DNA of 28,843 bases, taken from positions 1 to 28,843 of the forward strand of contig JAFGOT010000003.1 in NCBI GenBank assembly GCA_016926395.1. The letters are read 5' to 3'. Of the stretch, positions 8,238-16,804 are shown piece by piece. The number at the start of each line of letters is the position of its first letter. The stretch's first letter is position 1. A program made the translations under genes and the position numbers. The notes beneath the pieces are model-generated. The model was not told where the DNA came from. It worked only from the letters and a program-made list of their open reading frames with translations, and searched no databases. The stretch is from Candidatus Woesearchaeota archaeon. Lineage in GTDB: Archaea; Nanobdellota; Nanobdellia; Woesearchaeales; SKGA01.

Positions 8238-9125
8238 ATGAAATGTGAGAAGTGTGAAAACAAAGCGATTATTGGAAACCCAATTCTTTGTAGTGAGCAC
8301 TTTGAAGAGTATATTTTGAAAACTGTTCAGGACACGATTACTCAATTTAATTTATTTACAAAAGAAACGAAAATATGTGTGGCTGTTAGTGGTGGAAAAG
8401 ATTCTCTTGCTCTAATTGATATACTAATAAGGTTAGGATATTCTGTTGAGGGGTTGTTTGTTAATGAAGGAATAAGCAATTATAGAGAATATAGTAATGA
8501 AGATCTTGAAAAATTTATGCGTAAAAATAAACTCCTTTTGAGAACTACTTCTTTTCAAGATTTGGTAGGACATTCTCTTGATGAAATTATGAATACAGAA
8601 AAATTTCACGCGTGTAGCGTTTGTGGAACATTAAGACGATATCTTCTAAATAAATTTTCAAAAGAATATGATGTGATTGCAACAGGCCACAACTTAGATG
8701 ATGAAGCACAAACAGTTCTTATTAATTTGGCCAGAGGAAACACTGATTTAATGTTTCGAGGAGGACCCAAATCTAAACCAACAAACCAATTTACACAAAA
8801 AGTCAAACCATTAATTTTTGTAAGTGAAAAACAACTTTTAACTTATGCAATAATAAGAAAAATAAAAACTGGTTTTGAAGAATGTCCTTATGCACAAACA
8901 TCTTATAGAGCACATCTTAGAGATTTGCTAAATGAAGAAGAATCGAAGAACCCTAGCACAAAATTAAACATATTAAAATCTTATTTAAATTTAGAAAAAA
9001 ACATTATTAAATGCGATGTCAAAGAAAAAGAATTGTGTGTTTGTAGTGTTTGTGGTGAAGCTAGTCAAGAAGGAATTTGTAAGGCTTGTAAATTAAAGGA
9101 AGAAATAATTAATTTACTACATTAA
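8238..9125 (+). CDS. ttuA: TtuA/Ncs6/NcsA-type tRNA 2-thiouridine synthetase (TtcA superfamily)
   Basis: N-terminal CxxC...CxxH Zn finger, PP-loop SGGKDS, CSVCGTLRR, GHNLDD, ECPY, C-terminal CxxC...CxxC Zn finger. Adjacent to the ubiquitin-like carrier and the E1. Confidence 0.85.
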   Translation: MKCEKCENKAIIGNPILCSEHFEEYILKTVQDTITQFNLFTKETKICVAVSGGKDSLALIDILIRLGYSVEGLFVNEGISNYREYSNEDLEKFMRKNKLLLRTTSFQDLVGHSLDEIMNTEKFHACSVCGTLRRYLLNKFSKEYDVIATGHNLDDEAQTVLINLARGNTDLMFRGGPKSKPTNQFTQKVKPLIFVSEKQLLTYAIIRKIKTGFEECPYAQTSYRAHLRDLLNEEESKNPSTKLNILKSYLNLEKNIIKCDVKEKELCVCSVCGEASQEGICKACKLKEEIINLLH

Positions 9126-9841
9126 TTTTCAAGGAATGTTGCTTTTGTAATTTTTGGTTTGGTAAAAATTAATTTTTTATCTTCTTCTGTTAATTCTCTC
9201 CATTCGCCTTTGTCAAGATCCAAAGCAAGAGAGCCGATATGTGTTCGATGAAGAGTTCTGACATAATAGCCAGACATTTTGAATAATCTTTTTACAACTT
9301 TATGAATTCCAACGTGTAACGTAATTGCAACAGTATTTTTTTCAAGTAGAATGACTTTTGCTTTAACAATGTCTTTTTCGATTCTAATTCCTTCTTTGAA
9401 TTTTTTAATATCAAATGTGGAGAATGGTTTGTCGAGAATTGCAATATATGTTTTTTCAACTTCTTTGCTTGGATGAGCAATATTTTGAGCAAAATCACCA
9501 TCGTTTGTTAAAATAAGAATTCCTGTAGCATCTCTATCTAAACGACCCACACTAAAAACACGAGGTGATCTTGGAACAAGGTCGGTTACTTTTTTTCTAT
9601 TAAACATATCGTCGCTTGTTGTAATATAGCCTTTAGGTTTGTTAAGAACATAATATTTCTTCTCTTCAATTTTAATTTGTTTGCCGTTAACAAGAATTAT
9701 ATCTGTTTGAGAGTCTGCTTTATCTCCAAGAGAGACTACCACATTATTTACTTTAACATGTCCTTCTTCAATTAATTCTTCAGCTTTACGTCTAGAGCAA
9801 AGGCCTGATGAAGCAATTATTTTTTGAACACGTTCTTGCAT
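9122..9841 (-). CDS. RsuA/RluB/E/F-family pseudouridine synthase (bacterial type) with N-terminal S4 domain
   Basis: ERVQKIIASSGLCSRRKAEELIEEGHVKVN (S4), LNKPKGYIT, catalytic GRLDRDATGILILTNDG, HPS...KTY. ATG at 9841 is preferred. Stop overlaps the ttuA stop (9122-9125). Confidence 0.92.
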   Translation of the reverse strand: MQERVQKIIASSGLCSRRKAEELIEEGHVKVNNVVVSLGDKADSQTDIILVNGKQIKIEEKKYYVLNKPKGYITTSDDMFNRKKVTDLVPRSPRVFSVGRLDRDATGILILTNDGDFAQNIAHPSKEVEKTYIAILDKPFSTFDIKKFKEGIRIEKDIVKAKVILLEKNTVAITLHVGIHKVVKRLFKMSGYYVRTLHRTHIGSLALDLDKGEWRELTEEDKKLIFTKPKITKATFLEN

Positions 9842-9863
9842 ATTTTTAGCAAATATCGGTGCC

Positions 9864-9871
9864 TTTATAAA
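9864..9871 (-). promoter_or_regulatory. TATA box for a leaderless pseudouridine-synthase transcript
   Basis: TTTATAAA 22 nt upstream of ATG 9841 on the minus strand, with A-rich BRE-like AAACAATCA upstream. Confidence 0.5.
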
Positions 9872-9965
9872 TGATTGTTTATGACAGAAGAACAAGGGTT
9901 TAGACTAAGAACAATTGTTTTTAGTGTGGTGAAAAGGACTTATTGTGTTTCTGGGGAGAAACAAA

Positions 9966-10574
9966 ATGTCCGTTAAAACTTCAAAAAGAACTATGAGAGA
10001 CTTTGTATCTGTAAAAATAGGAGAAGAAACCTCTTTTTTTAACTCTGCAAAGGTTCTTGGTTATGATGAATTAGTTCTTTGTTATTCTAAATCTGAAGAA
10101 AAAAAATTTACAAAAGAACACAAAAAACAGCTTGTGGAAAATAGTGGTTTGAAACTATATTTTGCATTATGTTGTGTTGAAAAATCTCTTTCTGTCAAAA
10201 ACCCCTTATTTGATATGCTGATTGGGTTAGGCACTATTTTAAATTCGGATTTTTTGGGAATAACGCACGTACTAAATAATGAATTTAGCAAGGAGAAAGA
10301 CGCTATTCACCAAAGACGATCTGGTTTGAATCACACAATTTTAACAACATTTAGGGAAAAAAACATAGAAATATTGGTTTCTTTAAGTGATTTCAATGAA
10401 TTAGATATCAACGAAAAAGCAATTGTTTTTGGAAGAATGAAGCAAAATGCAAAAGCCTGCAAACAAGCAAAAGTAACTTATTCTTTAGTAAGTATGGCAG
10501 ACTCACCAAAAAAGATGAAGTCGACAAAAGACATGCAATCACTAAGAAATCAACTTGAACAAAGACTAAACTAA
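9966..10574 (+). CDS. rpp30: RNase P protein subunit Rpp30 (p30)-like
   Basis: IHQRRSGLNHTIL...IEILVSLSDF...GRMKQNAKACKQAKV...SMADSPKKMKSTKD matches the C-terminal half of archaeal Rpp30. GGGGAG RBS at 9953-9958 supports ATG 9966 over GTG 9945. Confidence 0.7.
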   Translation: MSVKTSKRTMRDFVSVKIGEETSFFNSAKVLGYDELVLCYSKSEEKKFTKEHKKQLVENSGLKLYFALCCVEKSLSVKNPLFDMLIGLGTILNSDFLGITHVLNNEFSKEKDAIHQRRSGLNHTILTTFREKNIEILVSLSDFNELDINEKAIVFGRMKQNAKACKQAKVTYSLVSMADSPKKMKSTKDMQSLRNQLEQRLN

Positions 10575-10588
10575 TCTTCTTTAATAAA

Positions 10589-10630
10589 GAAAGCTTTATA
10601 TATGAAAACTCCGAGATTCTAGTTTATAAA
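10589..10630 (+). promoter_or_regulatory. BRE-TATA promoter region of the 2026-aa gene
   Basis: GAAAGC + TTTATATA (10595-10602), second TTTATAAA at 10623-10630, GGGTG RBS at 10643-10647. Confidence 0.5.
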
Positions 10631-10656
10631 TATTTATAGAGTGGGTGTGCGTATAA

Positions 10657-13600
10657 GTGAAAGGTAGTCGTGTGAGTTTATTCTTGGTTGTTTTATCCTT
10701 GTTGTTAGTTTTAGGAAGCAGTGTTGTTTTAGCCGATGGTGAAAAAGTAAATAATCTAGAAAGTTGTGATTCTCATCCAACTTACTTGATGGTTTTTAAT
10801 AAAGATAAACAAGATGGTTATTTACAACACACAAACAGATTTCATGACGTCGATGGCATTGGTGTTGATACTGTTAATGCCTTTGATACTGCCTTTCAAG
10901 AGTCTATTTCTGGAGGTGCAACCTCAAAATGCGTTTCCTCATTTAATCTTGAAACTGAATCTTGGGGGACTGGAAGTTCTTCCTTTGGGGCATTCTTATA
11001 TGTTAAACAACCAATATATTCTGTAACTGCAAAAGTGAAAGGCTGGTATTCTAGCGACCATGATCACAACATTGACTCTTATTTTCATGTATCTATAACG
11101 TCTGTTGATCCGTCAACTCAAAGCATGGATGGTTTATCTTTTGATGGTGGAGAAGAAGGTTCTAATCATTATCTTTTTTTCAAGAATCTCTACGAAGATG
11201 GTCAATGGAGATCTTCTTCTAAAAACATGGACTTAAAACCTGGTTTATATTATGTTGCAGTTGGTTTTGATATTGATGATCGGGATGATGAAGATAAACT
11301 ATCAGACATGGCGGCAGCAGAGTTAGTTATTGGGAGTTACTCCACTACAAACCCTGATAATTCTCAATATTTGCTCCGAACGAATCCCCTTAAACCAGAA
11401 GAATTAATTTCTAAATTGGGTGTGGATTTGTTTGACCAACAAGAAACTTATTGTGTTGATTTTTTGAACGGTGATAAAGCTTGGTTAAATGAACCTGAAA
11501 GAACCGAGGGCGTAACATATGATTTAAACAATCTATGTTGTGGCAATGATTATAATGAAATAAATGCTGATTTTAACTCCCCAATTTATAATGGAGATTA
11601 TGTTTGTTATGGCGGTCAAGGTTGGTTTAAATTTTTAGCAGAAGAGGATACTTGGCAAAATCGTAATGAGGAGACTGATTCTTATTGTTCAACAGGTAAT
11701 GGTCTTAATTCTTTACCGAGTTATTCTTCAGATGAACTAAATTTTATTTCTTCTGATGGTGCTGACGGTTGTTGTGGAGATGATATTAAATTACCTGCTT
11801 CCTGTCAGTTTAAATCTGGTTTTGGTTGTGATGACTTATCTGTAGATAAATGTAGTTCCGTTTCTGGTTGTTTTAGAGACGGTACCTGTAAAAAAGCAGG
11901 AACTTCTTTTCCTAGTTCTTGTTCCAGTTTGTCTGAATCAGAGTGTTCTAGTGTTCCTGGTTGTAGGGCGGACTATACTTATCCTTGTGGTAATGTTGCA
12001 ATTGCAGGTCAAACTAACACGCCTTCAATACCTTTAGTAAGTGGTTTTACTTATACCGATTGTGGCGGTAATAATCCTCCTCCGCCTGTTTATAATGGTT
12101 GTTCTGGGACACCAAGCTGTTCAGCATTAAGTTCATCATCTTGTGGTTATTATCCTAGTTACTGTTCTTGGCAACCCGATAACTTTTGTTCCGGAACTCC
12201 CAAATCTTATGTTTGTGAAAATAAGCAAACGGCTGACGGTTGCTTAGCTGTAAATGAAAACGCTGGAGAAAATGTTTGTTTATGGAATAGTTTATCTATT
12301 GGAGCGGATGTGGGTTACGTAACGGGTTCAAAAAGTAGCAGTGGTTATTGTAAACTAAAAGAGGAGCTAGGTATCTGTTTTGTTGAACCCGAGCCGTGTA
12401 ATACTTATACTGGTTCTTTGTTAGGTTGGTCGGGTTGTACTTTGGCTGGTTGTTCTGTTGAATTTCAAACTTCTTCCAGTACATTTGTTTGTTCCGGAAC
12501 TCCAACTGAACAAGTTGGTTCCATTAAGTCCAAATCTGATTGCGATTCAATCAATGGTGTTTGGAAGTCCTCTTCTGATTTATCTACTGGTGTTTGTTCG
12601 GATTTTATTGGGTTTGAATTTTCAACAATGCCAAAGTCTGATTGTGAAAGTTTAACAAGTCCGGGTTTATTTTCTACTAATCAAGATGGTTTTTGGATAA
12701 AGCCTTCAACGTCTAGTTGTGTAAGTTCTACAAAATCTTATACTGATCTAATGGGCACTACATCAACGCCAGTAAATTCTGTCTGCTTAGCAACGCCTAT
12801 TTCAGCTTGCGAGTCAAAACAAGTTGGTTATTATACTTGTGGTGTTCTCTCCTTAGGAGATAAGCTAACGCCTGATTGTGCTTCACGTTCTGAAACATTT
12901 TGTTTGGGATCTTGTGAATGGACACAATCATCTTCTTCCACTGTTTCTTCTAACGAAGGTAGATATTTTTGCAGTAAAGATTTGTCTTATTATGATAATA
13001 ATGCACAAGGTTTAACCTTTTTTGATTTAAGTAATGACGAATCTGTTTGGAAATGGTGGGATGCAAAAGAGAACAACGTTCCATTTAAAATTCATAATAT
13101 TAACAATGTTGATTTTATTAGTAATGCAAAAGAATGGTATTACTGTGCTGCAGGCGGAGAAATTCCAAATTCTAATGCAAAACCCATTCCTGAAGGGGGC
13201 TCTTTTGAACTCTCCGCTAGTTCAGGTTCATTTAGATGTGTTGATACTTTAAATTCTTTAACTGATTTTTTTGAAAGTCACGCAGGCGAAGATGGTTATT
13301 TTTTAGATACGTTTAGTGATAAAGGCTACTTTAGTACTTGTCAAAGTAGCAGCGACCAAGCTTATTGTTGTGTAAGTGGAACGAAATATGGTGAAGATGT
13401 TTATTATAAACAAGGAAAATTTAATGAAAAATGTTTGGGAGCTTGTTATATAGATAAACCTAAAAAAATATCTTCTGTTTGGACTTCAAGTGATGATTCA
13501 ATGATAAGTTTCAAAGAAACTTTTTGTGAACGATTTCCCTGGGATGGTTTATGTGTGGGGAGTTTAGACGGTGATTGGTCTTTTGGTTTAGAATCCGATT

Positions 13601-16600
13601 ATACTTCTGATTTTGTACTTAAATCTGATTGTGGATTTGGTATGATGGGTTGTTTTGCAAAAGGGATAGATGTTGATGGTGATTGTGAAGACATACAAAA
13701 TCAACCTGTTGAGCATTATGAGTATATAGGACCTGACGGGGATACCTCTAACAAATACGAAGGAATCAAATGCGACTATGGTTCGATGGAAGATGGATTT
13801 AAATATTGTTCAACAGGATTATATGCATTAACAGGAGACACTAGTCGAGAGGATAAAACATTCTGTTGTCTTGCACCTCAAGGACAATACACAAAAGATA
13901 CTGCTTGTATTCCTGTAGACGGGGATATGACTCCTGCTATATGTGCTGCAATCGAAGGAGATTATTATTCGGATTGGGAATCTGGTGTAGATAAAGCACA
14001 ATGTATGACGCCTATTGGTAGTTATGATGGTTGTTGTATTGGTGGTAAATGGGTTTATAATTGGAATCAAATGGCCTTTGAAGGATTAGTGCAAAATGAT
14101 TCTTTTATTTGTTATCAACATGGTGATGAACAAAGAATTGCGGAATGTTGTACTGAATTTTCTACATGTAATAATTATAACTACAAGTACACTTCTGACT
14201 CTATTTTTGGACTGGAACGTCAAGATAATGGTTATTTCACTAGTGGTGGAACAATACACAATTTAGAAAATTTTGATGATTGGATGGATGTTGATAATTT
14301 ACTTTCGTTAAAAGATAAAATCAGAGTTGATGGTGGAGTTAAAAAAGACGATCCTTTAATTGTAGATTTTACAAACATAATAAGAGATAATTATGATTGG
14401 TCGACTTTCAAATACTTAGAATTTGATATTGCATATAACTTACCAAAAACCCTTAACATTACTCTAATTTCTGAATACGATGATACTAACACTTGTGTTT
14501 TTCCATTGGATGATTATTTAGTTAATGGAAATTCGACAATGAGGTGGCATCATGCAGTGATTGATATATTAAACAAAGATAATAACCCTGCTTGTACTTC
14601 TAACTTTGATTGGTCTAATGTCACTTCAATCCACGTTGTTACAGATTATAGAGGTGGAATGAGTATAGCTCTAGATGCAATTTATCTTTCTGAAGGGGGG
14701 GATAATACAGATGATTATTATTGTACCGGAAACTTTGGTTCTTGGATTAAAAACCTGGATGGTCCAAATGGTGATAAAGGATTTTTAGATAATGCAGATA
14801 TGGTTTTTGAAGATTATGGACCATACTGGTACGCTTGTGAAAGTCAGGCAAGTTTTGATTGGTCTGGACATTTATGTTGTGGTGATGATACATACATTCC
14901 ATATAACAAAGCTCAAGGACAAGAATTAGGTGAATACTATTATGATTCTACGATGGGTTGTTTTGGTGGAAATCCTGTATATGAAAATTGGAGATTGGGA
15001 GATACATTAAATGACCCTAGATTTAATGGCATATTATATTATACTGGAGAATTCCATGAGTGTATAGATGATAATTCTTACATGGACTACAAAGTATCTT
15101 TTGATGGTTTAACTCAAGAACCAAATATGCCTTTAATAACAAATACAAGTACATCATATACTATAATGGGTAGCTTCATTTGTAGTCCAAATGGGGATTG
15201 GGTTTCTCTTGATGAAATACCTCGATCGAAAATTATTGCTTCAAAGCTTTATGACTTGGTAACTGGTGAAAATGCTAAAAATAATTATGATTTAGTTTGT
15301 GATTCTTTTGATCAAGCATCTCCATATTACAATAATAGTGCTTCTAGCAGACCGGATTTATTATATTTTAATCCAACAGACGGTAGTCCATCGTTGGTGG
15401 CTGACTTTTGTACTTTGTCATATACTGAAAGCGGAAAACAAAAAGTTCTTATGGGTTTGTCTTTGAGACAACCTGCGGGTGCATTCTTAAGAGAGATGAC
15501 AAATCATTTAAGACTTATTTCTGGTGAAGAAATTGATGAAGATGCATTTGCGGATTCTTGTACAAATAACAATTTAGGCTATTCAACAAATGATAAATTT
15601 TTCAAAGTGTGTGATATTGACTCTCAATTTAGTGGGTTAAATCTTAGAATGGCATATAATCCTGACTTCAAGATACTTTTCATAACTTATGAGAATAACG
15701 AAAATGAGTTTAATGAATTGTTTGAGCCTGGGGAAAGTAAAATTGAAAGTTTCTATGAAAATTTTGTTGATGCTCTTACAAAGTTATTCACAAAATTATT
15801 TAGAAGTGCGAAGCCAAATGATGAATTTGTAATTACAACAGAAAACAACTTGCCTAGAGTTCTAAACGACTCTGCAACATACGACCATATTTATTTATCA
15901 AAAGACGGTTCAAAACAAATTCAAGCATTCAAGACAAAATATGCATATCAAAATACTGATGTGGAAACAATAAACATAGAATACTACAACTTTAACACCA
16001 TAGTCAAACCGCTTGCTCTAAATTATTACAACACACGAGATTACTCTATCAATTATATGCGGGGAGTCAACAAACAAATAATTAATATTGACAAACCAAT
16101 TAAACTGAATTCTTTTGAACAAGACTTTGATTGGAGAACACTGACAACTCAATTAAAAGTTGATGCAACGGATTTCGGTTCTAAAATAACTTCTCCTTCA
16201 CAACATCGAAATGATGGTTTGGTTGATGAAGATGAACTTTGTGACTTTATGAATGATAATTCAGGAGGGTTAGTTTTCAAGTATCCTCGAACAGATTGTT
16301 ACTTCTGGAACAGTTCTTACAAAGAAAACTGCGGAACAGTAGGTTGTGATTCTATTGGTAGAATAAAGTTCGATGATTGTAATGCTAATTGCATATCTTT
16401 AGAAGTCGTTGATGATGGATTTGTTGTTGGTGATGAGGAGGATACAACTGGGGGAACTGGTGATACACAAGCTGATTGTGGCGATGGTATTTGTAATGGT
16501 GATGAAACTTGTAGCACGTGTTCTCAAGATTGTGGAGACTGTGGTTCTAGTTCTTCTTGTGGTGATGGTCATATAGATGATGGTGAAGATTGTGATGATT

Positions 16601-16737
16601 TATCAAACCCAACACTTTGCGATGAAACTTGTCATTACACTTTAGGAATTTGTAGGCCTGCTTCGGGTTGTATAGATTACACTAATGGATATGATTGTGA
16701 AGAAGTACCTAATTGCAATTGGTTACCTGCCCAATAA
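10657..16737 (+). CDS. Giant Cys-rich secreted/cell-surface protein (2026 aa)
   Basis: GTG start directly after an in-frame TAA. Sec signal peptide (KGSRVSLFLVVLSLLLVLGSSVVLA). About 100 Cys by hand count. CCG(D/N)D repeats, CSGTP repeats, a CBM-like segment, C-terminal CGDG Cys-rich repeats. No C-terminal TM helix. Confidence 0.85.
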   Translation: MKGSRVSLFLVVLSLLLVLGSSVVLADGEKVNNLESCDSHPTYLMVFNKDKQDGYLQHTNRFHDVDGIGVDTVNAFDTAFQESISGGATSKCVSSFNLETESWGTGSSSFGAFLYVKQPIYSVTAKVKGWYSSDHDHNIDSYFHVSITSVDPSTQSMDGLSFDGGEEGSNHYLFFKNLYEDGQWRSSSKNMDLKPGLYYVAVGFDIDDRDDEDKLSDMAAAELVIGSYSTTNPDNSQYLLRTNPLKPEELISKLGVDLFDQQETYCVDFLNGDKAWLNEPERTEGVTYDLNNLCCGNDYNEINADFNSPIYNGDYVCYGGQGWFKFLAEEDTWQNRNEETDSYCSTGNGLNSLPSYSSDELNFISSDGADGCCGDDIKLPASCQFKSGFGCDDLSVDKCSSVSGCFRDGTCKKAGTSFPSSCSSLSESECSSVPGCRADYTYPCGNVAIAGQTNTPSIPLVSGFTYTDCGGNNPPPPVYNGCSGTPSCSALSSSSCGYYPSYCSWQPDNFCSGTPKSYVCENKQTADGCLAVNENAGENVCLWNSLSIGADVGYVTGSKSSSGYCKLKEELGICFVEPEPCNTYTGSLLGWSGCTLAGCSVEFQTSSSTFVCSGTPTEQVGSIKSKSDCDSINGVWKSSSDLSTGVCSDFIGFEFSTMPKSDCESLTSPGLFSTNQDGFWIKPSTSSCVSSTKSYTDLMGTTSTPVNSVCLATPISACESKQVGYYTCGVLSLGDKLTPDCASRSETFCLGSCEWTQSSSSTVSSNEGRYFCSKDLSYYDNNAQGLTFFDLSNDESVWKWWDAKENNVPFKIHNINNVDFISNAKEWYYCAAGGEIPNSNAKPIPEGGSFELSASSGSFRCVDTLNSLTDFFESHAGEDGYFLDTFSDKGYFSTCQSSSDQAYCCVSGTKYGEDVYYKQGKFNEKCLGACYIDKPKKISSVWTSSDDSMISFKETFCERFPWDGLCVGSLDGDWSFGLESDYTSDFVLKSDCGFGMMGCFAKGIDVDGDCEDIQNQPVEHYEYIGPDGDTSNKYEGIKCDYGSMEDGFKYCSTGLYALTGDTSREDKTFCCLAPQGQYTKDTACIPVDGDMTPAICAAIEGDYYSDWESGVDKAQCMTPIGSYDGCCIGGKWVYNWNQMAFEGLVQNDSFICYQHGDEQRIAECCTEFSTCNNYNYKYTSDSIFGLERQDNGYFTSGGTIHNLENFDDWMDVDNLLSLKDKIRVDGGVKKDDPLIVDFTNIIRDNYDWSTFKYLEFDIAYNLPKTLNITLISEYDDTNTCVFPLDDYLVNGNSTMRWHHAVIDILNKDNNPACTSNFDWSNVTSIHVVTDYRGGMSIALDAIYLSEGGDNTDDYYCTGNFGSWIKNLDGPNGDKGFLDNADMVFEDYGPYWYACESQASFDWSGHLCCGDDTYIPYNKAQGQELGEYYYDSTMGCFGGNPVYENWRLGDTLNDPRFNGILYYTGEFHECIDDNSYMDYKVSFDGLTQEPNMPLITNTSTSYTIMGSFICSPNGDWVSLDEIPRSKIIASKLYDLVTGENAKNNYDLVCDSFDQASPYYNNSASSRPDLLYFNPTDGSPSLVADFCTLSYTESGKQKVLMGLSLRQPAGAFLREMTNHLRLISGEEIDEDAFADSCTNNNLGYSTNDKFFKVCDIDSQFSGLNLRMAYNPDFKILFITYENNENEFNELFEPGESKIESFYENFVDALTKLFTKLFRSAKPNDEFVITTENNLPRVLNDSATYDHIYLSKDGSKQIQAFKTKYAYQNTDVETINIEYYNFNTIVKPLALNYYNTRDYSINYMRGVNKQIINIDKPIKLNSFEQDFDWRTLTTQLKVDATDFGSKITSPSQHRNDGLVDEDELCDFMNDNSGGLVFKYPRTDCYFWNSSYKENCGTVGCDSIGRIKFDDCNANCISLEVVDDGFVVGDEEDTTGGTGDTQADCGDGICNGDETCSTCSQDCGDCGSSSSCGDGHIDDGEDCDDLSNPTLCDETCHYTLGICRPASGCIDYTNGYDCEEVPNCNWLPAQ

Positions 16738-16742
16738 ATAAC

Positions 16743-16764
16743 TTTTATTTTTTCTTCTTTTTTT
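16743..16764 (+). terminator. Oligo-T terminator candidate
   Basis: TTTTATTTTTTCTTCTTTTTTT after the stop codon at 16737. Confidence 0.55.
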
Positions 16765-16771
16765 CGCAATG

Positions 16772-16779
16772 TTTATTAA
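16772..16779 (+). promoter_or_regulatory. TATA box for a leaderless MEMO-like transcript
   Basis: CGCAATG + TTTATTAA, 25 nt upstream of ATG 16805. Confidence 0.45.
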
Positions 16780-16804
16780 GAGTATTTAGTACTATAATTT
16801 TATC

